Shown here in pieces: positions 22,334-30,870 of a stretch of DNA of 64,000 bases. The notes beneath the pieces were generated by a model, which worked only from the letters and a program-made list of their open reading frames with translations, did no database searches and was not told where the DNA came from. The stretch spans positions 18,332 through 82,331 of the forward strand of contig JANXDW010000026.1 of NCBI GenBank assembly GCA_025058515.1, given 5' to 3'. Origin of the DNA: Aigarchaeota archaeon. GTDB taxonomy: Archaea > Thermoproteota > Nitrososphaeria_A > Caldarchaeales > Wolframiiraptoraceae. Every line of letters begins with the position of its first letter. The first letter of the stretch is position 1. The translations under genes and the position numbers were made by a program.

Positions 22334-22903
22334 GTGGATAGATTGAGCAAGATAAAGAAAGCTTTAAACTTTCTAGTCTTCATCACCTTATTCATACTCT
22401 TAGGATTATTGGTCATAGCTGCTTTATACAATCTTTCAGGAGAGGTCTTCCCACTACTAGTTGTAAAAAGTGGAAGTATGGAGCCAGTTCTAAGTAGAGG
22501 GGATATAATATTGATAGAGAAAGTAAGTCCTGATGAAATTAGAGCAGATATCGTGAATGGGGATATTATAGTTTTCTATAAACCTGGAACAAATATACTC
22601 ATAGTTCATAGAGCTATAAGAAAAGTTGATGGAGGTTTTATAACTAAAGGAGATGCGAATACTGGTTCAGACTATTTTTCACCTGTACCTCCAGAGAACA
22701 TCGTCGGTAGGTGGACGGGTATGAAGATACCTTCATGGTCTGGGCTAGGATATTTATCGCTATTCTTAAGAGGAGAGCTCTATCCACCTTATGGTAAGAT
22801 AGTCTTGATAGTGCTCCTAGTTATAAACGTGGTTTTCATAGTGAAAGATATTCTTTCAAGAGGGAAGAAGAACGCTCAGGAAGAGAAGAAAGTAGAGTCT
22901 TAA
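22334..22903 (+). CDS. Signal peptidase I, archaeal/Sec11 type
   Basis: N-terminal TM, catalytic SGSMEP box, and a GDAN-like box (KGDANTGSD). Confidence 0.7.
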   Translation: MDRLSKIKKALNFLVFITLFILLGLLVIAALYNLSGEVFPLLVVKSGSMEPVLSRGDIILIEKVSPDEIRADIVNGDIIVFYKPGTNILIVHRAIRKVDGGFITKGDANTGSDYFSPVPPENIVGRWTGMKIPSWSGLGYLSLFLRGELYPPYGKIVLIVLLVINVVFIVKDILSRGKKNAQEEKKVES

Positions 22904-23507
22904 GATATTCTTCAAATATCTTTCCAGACGCAGTCTTCTTAACTATATCTATACTGTATGAGATAGACTTTAACAATCTTTCAATACTGATCCCTTGGTC
23001 AAGATAAGGCTCAATCCTACTCATATTTACTGCACACTCTACTAACGCATATACAGCTCTACTATATGGTTCGATTATTCCTACACCTTCATAAACTACT
23101 ACAACTTTACATATGAAATCTCTTCTAGAAATCTTATCAATTACTTCTTCTACATTAAACTCGATGTAAGCCTCCATATTCTTTAATCTTGGAACATCAA
23201 CTATCTCCGCATCCTCGATCTCTTCATGTAAGTATCTTTCTTTATCTTTAGCTAGGTACTTGATAAATAAGATAGGGTTACGAGTTACATTTACAACACC
23301 TCGTCCACTCTCTATGAGATTACTATGTGTCTTTGTATCTTTATAGACGGAGAGAAGGAAGCTAGAGAGATTATCAAGAAACTTTATACCCATTGGTGCT
23401 GCATTTATCTCTCCATCTCTAGATTTTGTTGTTAGTATAACTTCATAGATGAGGTCTGGGGAAACTGTTGGCAGAATATCTCTTATAGACTTAGAGATCT
23501 TCTTCAT
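22836..23507 (-). CDS. Hypothetical protein, DUF447-like (FMN-binding split-barrel?), H4MPT-associated family
   Basis: 223 aa. The family assignment comes from remembered DUF447 features and adjacency to a CitG-like gene, and was not verified. Confidence 0.3.
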   Translation of the reverse strand: MKKISKSIRDILPTVSPDLIYEVILTTKSRDGEINAAPMGIKFLDNLSSFLLSVYKDTKTHSNLIESGRGVVNVTRNPILFIKYLAKDKERYLHEEIEDAEIVDVPRLKNMEAYIEFNVEEVIDKISRRDFICKVVVVYEGVGIIEPYSRAVYALVECAVNMSRIEPYLDQGISIERLLKSISYSIDIVKKTASGKIFEEYLKTLLSSLPERSSSLLKEYLSL

Positions 23508-23583
23508 CTTCCTTGATTAAAGATTTATACCTCTTATAGAAATATTTTTACAAGATACATTTTACTGGAAAAGTCTAAATATG

Positions 23584-24492
23584 CTAGAAAGTGTATCCTG
23601 ATAATAAGACTACTGCTATAGATGAAGCCAGTAAGTCGGCGGTTGCACCAGGTCTTGTTCTCCAGCTTTTCCTCATTGAGAGATCTAGTTCTCTCAACAT
23701 TTTAAGTCCTTCCCTATTGTTTACTCCTCCTAATTCTAGAATCTTAGATGCCATGTAGGATACTCTTTCTGCTAATGGTTTTCCACCTCTCTTTAAGATG
23801 TGTGTATCTAGATATTTTGAGAGAAGTTGGAGGAAGGTTTGAGCTAAAGCATTTCTCATAGACATCTTCTCTATATTCTTTATTAACTGTGAAGCTCCAT
23901 ACATAGTCCTTGAATACAATCTAACCCATTCATGTGCTACAACCTCTATATTTACAAAAGGTTTAAGAGCATCTACAGGTTTCAATCTTAGTCTCTTTAT
24001 CTCATCGTATGTTTCATCACTGAAAATATCCATGAATGGTATTCTACGTAGACCTCTAGGTCCAACTATCTTGAGAGCATTAAATATATGTATTGTATCT
24101 TTCCAATCCATTCTCGATAGAATTATCTTTAAGTTCTTCCTAAGACCTCCCATACTTAAAGGTTTAGATCTAGATAGTGCTGATGCACAAGCTAGAGGAG
24201 AGATTAAAAGTAGTGCTCCTAGATGGGTATTGCCTCCTCTCTGAGATGTGATCATGTTTCGAGCTCCTCTATAGACTACTTCTCCAAGACCTCTACCAAG
24301 TTTCTTGTAACCAATCTCTGCAGACTCTCTAAAACATGAGTAAAGTGAAGAAGAGGATATTAAGAAGTGCTCAAATAAAGTTTCATGAAAATCGCTGTAT
24401 CTATCTACTAATCCAGGTTTAGGTGTTGTAGCTACTTCTAGTAAGAGAGCTGAAACACATCTAGAAGCTATCCAATCAAAATCTATATCCAA
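23584..24492 (-). CDS. Triphosphoribosyl-dephospho-CoA synthase (CitG/MdcB)-like protein
   Basis: N-terminal ATTPKPGLVDR motif, diagnostic of the CitG family. 302 aa. Confidence 0.65.
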   Translation of the reverse strand: MDIDFDWIASRCVSALLLEVATTPKPGLVDRYSDFHETLFEHFLISSSSLYSCFRESAEIGYKKLGRGLGEVVYRGARNMITSQRGGNTHLGALLLISPLACASALSRSKPLSMGGLRKNLKIILSRMDWKDTIHIFNALKIVGPRGLRRIPFMDIFSDETYDEIKRLRLKPVDALKPFVNIEVVAHEWVRLYSRTMYGASQLIKNIEKMSMRNALAQTFLQLLSKYLDTHILKRGGKPLAERVSYMASKILELGGVNNREGLKMLRELDLSMRKSWRTRPGATADLLASSIAVVLLSGYTF

Positions 24493-24494
24493 CT

Positions 24495-24914
24495 CTATTT
24501 CACCAATCTATCTAGAATATTTGATAGAGACTCAACAGCGGTGAGCCCGATGCTCTTAAACTTCTTCAACTCATTCCAGTAAGTTAAGTCTACCTTCTCT
24601 ACTAAACCTTCTAGAAACTTTTTTAGATAGATAGTTTTCTTACTCCCTTCTTCATCGATATCTAGTAGGAGGACTACATGATCAACACCCATCGACCTTA
24701 GCTTCTGAACGAGATCTCTAGGAGATCTATATATGATGATCTCTCCTTTAACCCCTATTCCTCTCAGAGCTTCAAAATCTCTCTTTCCTTCAACTATTAT
24801 TGGAGAACCATCTTCAGATTCTTCAATAAGTTTTCTAATCCATTCTTTAAGTTCTTCATACTCTTTAAGATTTCTACATCTCTTCTTTATTCTCGATCCA
24901 CCAATTAAAAATAT
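24495..24914 (-). CDS. Small Toprim-domain protein (COG1658-like); start codon uncertain
   Basis: Toprim Glu box IIVEGKRDFEAL and DxD box LLLDIDEEG. The ORF is open from a stop at 24921-24923 and has no in-frame ATG/GTG/TTG upstream of the E box. Confidence 0.5.
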   Translation of the reverse strand: MFLIGGSRIKKRCRNLKEYEELKEWIRKLIEESEDGSPIIVEGKRDFEALRGIGVKGEIIIYRSPRDLVQKLRSMGVDHVVLLLDIDEEGSKKTIYLKKFLEGLVEKVDLTYWNELKKFKSIGLTAVESLSNILDRLVK

Positions 24915-25153
24915 CTTATACTAATCTTTATTTTTAGCTTTCTCAAATTCTATGAAGGATTTAAGGGAGAATATAATCTAGAGGTTTAACATCTAGGAAT
25001 AAGTGAGTATTGAAATGAGTGTTTTTATCATTTTTTGACTTCTTATTCAAGTGGAGAAGAGCTTTAGTACATCTATTGGTTATACCAGTGTATTACAAAA
25101 TTATTTTTACATCTACATTTTCTAGTAACCCTAGAGTTGGAGGTGAGAGATAA

Positions 25154-25300
25154 GTGAAAGTAGTTACAGTTCATCTCCCTGAACCTTACATAGAGGCTAT
25201 AGATGAACTTGTAAAGAAGAGGATATACCCCAATAGAGCTGAGGCCATAAGAATGGCCGTAAGAGATTTTATCCAATCGGAGGCAAACATAAGTGAATGA
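25154..25300 (+). CDS. Ribbon-helix-helix (CopG/Arc/MetJ-like) small DNA-binding protein, 48 aa
   Basis: Not in the ORF track. GTG start preceded by AGGTGAGAG. Sequence VKVVTVHLPEPYIEAIDELVKKRIYPNRAEAIRMAVRDFIQ gives a beta-strand plus two helices. It overlaps the ftsZ start by 8 nt. Confidence 0.45.
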   Translation: MKVVTVHLPEPYIEAIDELVKKRIYPNRAEAIRMAVRDFIQSEANISE

Positions 25301-26351
25301 AGAAATCTTGATTGATGCAGAGATTTTGAATGATGTTAGAATTACGGTGATCGGCGTAGGAGGAGCTGGATGTAATACCGTCAACCGACTGACGAACCCC
25401 AACCTTAACAAGATAAAATTAATAGCAGCAAATACAGATGCGCAACATCTAGAACTCATAAAGACTAAGAATAAGATAGTTTTAGGGAAGTCTGTTACAA
25501 AGTTTAGAGGTGCTGGAGGAGACCCGGCGAAAGGCAGAGAAGCTGCTGAAGAATCTATAGAAGAGATTAGAGAAGCTATAGAAGACTCTGATATAGTTTT
25601 CATCTCAGCTGGGCTAGGTGGGGGAACAGGTACTGGTGCTGCACCTCTAATAGCTGAAGTCGCAAAAGAAGTTGGAGCAGTAGCAATAGGTTTCGTCACC
25701 TTACCATTCAAGTTTGAGGGAAGTATTAGGAAGAGGATAGCTTTACAAGGTCTAGAAGAGATGAAGAGAAGCTGCCATACAGTTATCGCAATAGATAATA
25801 ATAAATTATTAGAACTATATCCTCAATATAGTTTAAAGAGCGCTTTAGCATTAGCAGATGAAGTAATAAGTAACATGATATTGAGTATAATGGAGTCTAT
25901 TGTTAAGCCTAGCTTAATAAACATAGATTACGCAGATTTTCGAACGATTATGATGAGAGGGAATCTCGCAGCCCTCGGGATAGGGGTCTCATCTACTCCA
26001 AATAGAGCTGAAGAAGCAGCATTCAATGCTTTAGAATGCCCATTACTAGATGTTTCATACGATGGTCTAACAGGAGCGATAATACATGTTACAGGTGGAG
26101 AAGATATGAAGATCAGTGAAGCTGCTAGACCTGCAGAAATAGTCTCAGAACTTATGGATAAAGAAGCTCTAATAATCTGGGGTGCTAGAATAGATAGTTC
26201 TTTCGATTCAAAACTCCAAGTATCTTTAATATTGACAGGTGTAAAAGATAAAGAAGTTGATATTTCTTTATCTCAGAATAAAACGTCTGAGATATTATAT
26301 GAAGAAGAATTAGAGAAGATCATGGAAGAACTAGGAGTTAAGGCATTATAA
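25293..26351 (+). CDS. ftsZ: Cell division GTPase FtsZ
   Basis: Tubulin/FtsZ signature GGGTGTGAAP and N-terminal ITVIGVGGAGCNTVNRL. 352 aa with a GTG start. Confidence 0.85.
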   Translation: MNEEILIDAEILNDVRITVIGVGGAGCNTVNRLTNPNLNKIKLIAANTDAQHLELIKTKNKIVLGKSVTKFRGAGGDPAKGREAAEESIEEIREAIEDSDIVFISAGLGGGTGTGAAPLIAEVAKEVGAVAIGFVTLPFKFEGSIRKRIALQGLEEMKRSCHTVIAIDNNKLLELYPQYSLKSALALADEVISNMILSIMESIVKPSLINIDYADFRTIMMRGNLAALGIGVSSTPNRAEEAAFNALECPLLDVSYDGLTGAIIHVTGGEDMKISEAARPAEIVSELMDKEALIIWGARIDSSFDSKLQVSLILTGVKDKEVDISLSQNKTSEILYEEELEKIMEELGVKAL

Positions 26352-26573
26352 TAATGAGAATGAGGATCTAGATAAAGAAGACAACGAAATAAATATATCC
26401 TGTTTTTCACATCCTCATCATCTTTCTTTTTATAAGTATCTCTCACTAATCTAACGTTTAATCTATTCATTCCAAAACTTCCACGATAATAATTTTCATA
26501 TTCCCATATTAACGTAACCTAACAGATGAGTCTTAATATTAAAGTGAAGAATCATTCATATTTCTTATCAGGA

Positions 26574-26652
26574 TCATTAAAAATTCTTCTATTACACTTG
26601 AAGTCTTAGAATATTATTTTAATAAACGTCGAGTTCATTAAAAATTCTTCTA
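26574..26652. repeat. Two perfect copies of the 18-nt direct repeat TCATTAAAAATTCTTCTA (26574-26591 and 26635-26652), 61 nt apart, upstream of carbamate kinase
   Basis: Read directly in the intergenic sequence. Confidence 0.6.
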
Positions 26653-26736
26653 GAAGTTGATATTCATCTTAGTTAGTAATTAGGATGGTCAGATGCTTTA
26701 GAAAGGTTCTTTAAATGACTTTTTATAAAAAATTGT

Positions 26737-27699
26737 GTGAATCGTAGAGAAGAGAAATTAGTTGTTATAGCTTTAGGAGGCAACGCTCTATTAAGAAGAG
26801 GTCAGAATGGAACTTTTGAAGAACAGTATGAGAACGTAAAGCAGACATGTAAGATCTTAGCTGACCTTATTGAGAATGGATATAAGCTAGCAATAACACA
26901 TGGTAATGGTCCACAGGTAGGAGCTACTATACTTAGGCATGACGCTGGTTTCAGAGTTTATGGAGTTCCTCCATTCCCCATGGATGTATGCGGGGCTGAG
27001 ACACAAGGTTTCATAGGATATATGATCCAGCAAGCATTAACAAACGAGTTACTAATGAGAGGAATCAAGAAGAACGTCATCACAATTATTACAAGAGTAG
27101 TTGTAGATAAAAATGACCCAGATTTTTCTAATCCAAGTAAACCAGTTGGAGCATTTTACACAGAGAAGGAGATGATGGAGATCAAGAAGATTCATCCTGA
27201 ATACATCTTTAAAGAAGATAAAGCTAGAGGAGGTTGGAGAAGGGTTGTCCCATCTCCTGATCCGAAATACTTGGTGGAGATGCCTGGGATAAAAGCGTTA
27301 GTAGATGCAGGGTACATAGTGATCTCAAGTGGTGGAGGAGGAATCCCAGTAATAGAAGAGAATTCTGAGATGAGAGGTGTTGAAGCAGTTATAGATAAAG
27401 ACTTAGCTGGAGAAAGACTCGCAACATCTCTAGGTGCAAGTAAATTCATAATTCTAACGGATGTTGATGGAATATACGTAGACTACGATAAGTCTACCCG
27501 AAGGAAGATAGACGTTATAAGAGTTGAAGAATTGAAGAAGCTTTACGATGAGGGGCATTTCCCACCAGGTAGCATGGGTCCAAAAGTTAAAGCAGCTATA
27601 AGATTCATTGAATCTGGAGGAGATGAAGCTATAATTGCTGACTTAAAAGACTTGATGAATGCGATAAGAGGTAAGGCGGGAACACATATAATCCGATAA
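26737..27699 (+). CDS. arcC: Carbamate kinase
   Basis: N-terminal KLVVIALGGNALL, amino-acid kinase fold, 320 aa. A GTG start with a TTTAAAT element about 25 nt upstream suggests a leaderless mRNA. Confidence 0.8.
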   Translation: MNRREEKLVVIALGGNALLRRGQNGTFEEQYENVKQTCKILADLIENGYKLAITHGNGPQVGATILRHDAGFRVYGVPPFPMDVCGAETQGFIGYMIQQALTNELLMRGIKKNVITIITRVVVDKNDPDFSNPSKPVGAFYTEKEMMEIKKIHPEYIFKEDKARGGWRRVVPSPDPKYLVEMPGIKALVDAGYIVISSGGGGIPVIEENSEMRGVEAVIDKDLAGERLATSLGASKFIILTDVDGIYVDYDKSTRRKIDVIRVEELKKLYDEGHFPPGSMGPKVKAAIRFIESGGDEAIIADLKDLMNAIRGKAGTHIIR

Positions 27700-27783
27700 T
27701 AAATAGATCAATATATTACATACTTTACTGACATTAATGATAAAATCTATTTATTTTCAATTTTTACAATCTAGTAGACAGTA

Positions 27784-28434
27784 ATGTTGATTAAAGCAGT
27801 AGTATTCGATCTAGATGGCACCTTACTAGTTCATAAACTAAGATTGAGAGAAGCAAAAGAGAAGTTTCTAGAGAAGTTAGAAGAATTAGGCTTGAAAGGC
27901 TCATGGATCTCTACTGATATGCCATTAGCACATATCTTGAGTGGACTAGATGAAAAAGATAGAGCACTAGCCTTTAATATATTAGATAATGTATTCGAGC
28001 AGTTTGAGACTAAAGCTGTAGAAGAAGCTGAGTTAAGAGAAGATGTAAGAGAAGTCCTCACCTTCTTAAAGAAGTTGAAGATTAAGATGGCTATTGCTAC
28101 AAATAATGGTAGAAAGAGTGTTGAATCGATTTTAAGAAAGATGTTGTTAGAAGAGTTTTTCGATGTAGTAGTGACGAGAAATGATGTTCAAGACCTTAAG
28201 CCTAATGGTAAAATGTTACTCGAGACCGTGAAGAAGCTAGGTGTAAATATAGAAGAAGTAATTCACATAGGAGATACTACTTATGATGTCTTGGCTGCAC
28301 ATGAAAATGGTATAAAGTGTATAGCTATTACAGGAGGAGCACATAGTAGAGAACTACTTCTATCTTCAAACCCTGAATTTATAGTGGATAGTTTTAAGGA
28401 GATACCTGCGATAATAATGAATTTACAGAAATAA
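27784..28434 (+). CDS. HAD-superfamily hydrolase (phosphatase)
   Basis: Motif I VVFDLDGTL, and motifs III and IV (K...GDTTYD). Confidence 0.7.
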   Translation: MLIKAVVFDLDGTLLVHKLRLREAKEKFLEKLEELGLKGSWISTDMPLAHILSGLDEKDRALAFNILDNVFEQFETKAVEEAELREDVREVLTFLKKLKIKMAIATNNGRKSVESILRKMLLEEFFDVVVTRNDVQDLKPNGKMLLETVKKLGVNIEEVIHIGDTTYDVLAAHENGIKCIAITGGAHSRELLLSSNPEFIVDSFKEIPAIIMNLQK

Positions 28435-28500
28435 CAAAAATTGTAGTGTTTCTTAACCTTAATATGTTTCTGGAAATGTTATAATAGATTAGGGATAATA

Positions 28501-29274
28501 ATGTGGAAGAAGTACGCGGTGCTCATCGTCGTGGCCATTCTTCTCGCGACTGCATACTTACTATTCACCATAAATATTCTATCTATCCCAGATATAGTAG
28601 GTCAAATACTTCAAGAATTTAGGAATATAATTTTAACAGAGGTAGAACCTGAATATGTAAGATTGATCATTAATGTATTAGAAGTAGATTTAAATCATTC
28701 TTTAAATTACGTTGGTAATGAGACGGGTACTCCCTATCCTCTTATGAACACTTACGTTGTACTAAGTGGAGAATTTAGATCAACTGATAGATATGGTAGA
28801 GCATCATTCATTGTGCCGAAAGGTATCCATTCACTAATGGTAGTAAGATATGGTAGAACATGGACTACAAATATAGATGTCAAATCAGATGGTGAGATAA
28901 AGATCATATTCTACTTGTTCAGAGTTGAGGCTTCAAGTATAGAAGTTAATCCTAAACCATTTGAAGGATTAAGTAGGGTGAAGATGTTATTCAATCTCCC
29001 CAGCTTTGGAGAATATTATGTAGGTAAACCTACAATAACGTATTATACTCCTTGGGGTCAATTGAGAATATATTATGGAGATGCGGAAGTCATTATCGGG
29101 ACAGATATAGAAGAAGTATGGAAAATTGTTGATATAAGTTTCTTGAGGAAAGAGATAGGTGGAACAAGAATCGAGTTTATAGAAGATGTTAAAGGTTTTC
29201 CTACATACGTTTTACCATGGTATACATTTCTCCCTGTAGTTAGAGTAGAGGTAGAAGAAGAATGGTACCAGTGA
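28501..29274 (+). CDS. Membrane-anchored extracellular protein (N-terminal TM, beta-rich domain)
   Basis: N-terminal hydrophobic helix. The segment VVLSGEFRSTDRYGRASFIVPKG resembles CarboxypepD_reg-like modules. It is the first gene of a co-oriented cluster. Confidence 0.35.
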   Translation: MWKKYAVLIVVAILLATAYLLFTINILSIPDIVGQILQEFRNIILTEVEPEYVRLIINVLEVDLNHSLNYVGNETGTPYPLMNTYVVLSGEFRSTDRYGRASFIVPKGIHSLMVVRYGRTWTTNIDVKSDGEIKIIFYLFRVEASSIEVNPKPFEGLSRVKMLFNLPSFGEYYVGKPTITYYTPWGQLRIYYGDAEVIIGTDIEEVWKIVDISFLRKEIGGTRIEFIEDVKGFPTYVLPWYTFLPVVRVEVEEEWYQ

Positions 29275-29732
29275 TAGATCTTGAAACTGCATTCTGGATA
29301 ACTTTTGATACAGCTCTAGCTTCTATAGCAATTTATCTACTGATTAAGTATACCAAGCTAAAGAAGAATACGGGAACTACTAAATCCGATGCACAAGCCA
29401 ATCCTCTCTATAAGAGTCTAGATATTAGATCCTACTTCTCTACATATGATAAGAAAAGAGCAGTTGCAACATTATTCAATGATATAATCTCAGAGATAAC
29501 TAGAGTCAACGGGTTAACTATACCTAAAAGTTCAACTATGAAAGAAGTCTTAATAAGGCTTGATAATACGATTCCAAGATACACGTATGTCTTACTCCAA
29601 GACATGTACGAGCTTTATGAACGTATCAGGTTTGGAAATCATGATCCAACTGATGAAGAAATCAATGAATTCGTAAATAAAATAGAATTATTTACTGAGT
29701 CTTTCAGACGACCAGTAGGTGTAGAGAATTGA
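29262..29732 (+). CDS. DUF4129-like membrane-anchored protein (MoxR-operon associated)
   Basis: N-terminal TM helix, then a C-terminal block KEVLIRLDNTIPRYTYVLLQDMYELYERIRFG resembling the DUF4129 conserved region. It lies upstream of MoxR and DUF58. Confidence 0.4.
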   Translation: MVPVIDLETAFWITFDTALASIAIYLLIKYTKLKKNTGTTKSDAQANPLYKSLDIRSYFSTYDKKRAVATLFNDIISEITRVNGLTIPKSSTMKEVLIRLDNTIPRYTYVLLQDMYELYERIRFGNHDPTDEEINEFVNKIELFTESFRRPVGVEN

Positions 29733-29904
29733 ACATAACTCTAACTACTTTGATCATCGCTATAATAACGATTGCTTTATCAATTCTCTTACCTAGGTTA
29801 CCGAAGTCTGTAGATAAATATAGAGAAGAACATGTTGCAAAAAAGAAGGATAAAAGAAAGATGGGGAGAGACGTAATTCTAGATGAGTTGCGTAAGAGTA
29901 GAAG

Positions 29905-30870
29905 GTGAGAATATTGGTTAACGATTATCTTTTCATTAAAAATATTGCTGAGAAGCTTGAGTCGAATATACATGAAATAATAGTTGGGATGGGGGAAGCT
30001 ATTAGAAGCTTACTCATAGGATTATTATCCGAGGGGCATATACTAATTGAAGGACCTCCTGGGACGGCTAAAACATATCTTGGACGAGTTTTCGCAAACT
30101 CTCTAGGACTTGAATATAGAAGAATACAGTTTACCATAGACCTCATGCCCAGCGATATTACTGGATCTCTAATCTATAATAGAGCGACTGGGACTCTAGA
30201 GTTTAGACCTGGCCCTATATTTGCTAATGTCGTTTTAGCAGATGAGATAAACCGGGCTTCCCCTCGTTCTCAATCAGCTCTTCTTGAATGTATGCAAGAG
30301 AAGCAAGTAACTATCGAGGGCGTAGCCTATCCGCTTCCAAGACCATTTTTAATTATCGCTACCCAAAACCCTATAGAACTTGAAGGGACGTACCCTCTAC
30401 CAGAAGCTGAGCTCGATAGATTCTTGATAAGAGTCTTCATAGACTATCTGGATGCTTCATCAGAATTAGAGATACTTAGTAAGAAACAGCTACATGGTGA
30501 GAAGATCGATGTTGAAAAGATTGCAAGTTTAGAAGAGATACTTAAAGCAATAGATTTAACTAGCAAAGTATATGTTGATAGATCTATTCTCGAGTATATT
30601 GTTAAGTTAGGTAATGCGACTAGAAAACGTGAAGACATCTTACTGGGGGTGAGCCCTAGAGGTGAAGTATATCTTCTATACGCTTCAAAGGCCGCAGCTG
30701 CAATCGATGGCAAGTCTTATGTTACTCCAGACCATATCAAATCAGTAGTTAAATTAGTATTCAATCATAGAATCATCTTGAAGAGTAGAAGTGTCAACCC
30801 TATGACTTTACGTCGTGAAATTCTTAAGATATTGGATGAGATCGTTGAAGAGGTAGAGCCCCCTAGATGA
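29905..30870 (+). CDS. MoxR-family AAA+ ATPase
   Basis: Walker A GPPGTAKT, Walker B VVLADEINRA, and a length of about 320 aa typical of MoxR. Confidence 0.85.
   Translation: MRILVNDYLFIKNIAEKLESNIHEIIVGMGEAIRSLLIGLLSEGHILIEGPPGTAKTYLGRVFANSLGLEYRRIQFTIDLMPSDITGSLIYNRATGTLEFRPGPIFANVVLADEINRASPRSQSALLECMQEKQVTIEGVAYPLPRPFLIIATQNPIELEGTYPLPEAELDRFLIRVFIDYLDASSELEILSKKQLHGEKIDVEKIASLEEILKAIDLTSKVYVDRSILEYIVKLGNATRKREDILLGVSPRGEVYLLYASKAAAAIDGKSYVTPDHIKSVVKLVFNHRIILKSRSVNPMTLRREILKILDEIVEEVEPPR

Noticed and set aside
25073-25711. 212-aa minus-strand ORF
   Set aside because: It is antisense to the RHH ORF and the ftsZ 5' region, and has low-complexity Ala/Pro/Ser-rich composition with no motifs. 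It is a shadow ORF of the real plus-strand genes.
29905-30870. Considered whether the AAA+ ATPase could be a McrB-like or defence-system ATPase
   Set aside because: Its Walker A GPPGTAKT, its roughly 320-aa size, and the adjacent DUF58 and DUF4129 partners are diagnostic of housekeeping MoxR. There is no McrC-like or nuclease partner.
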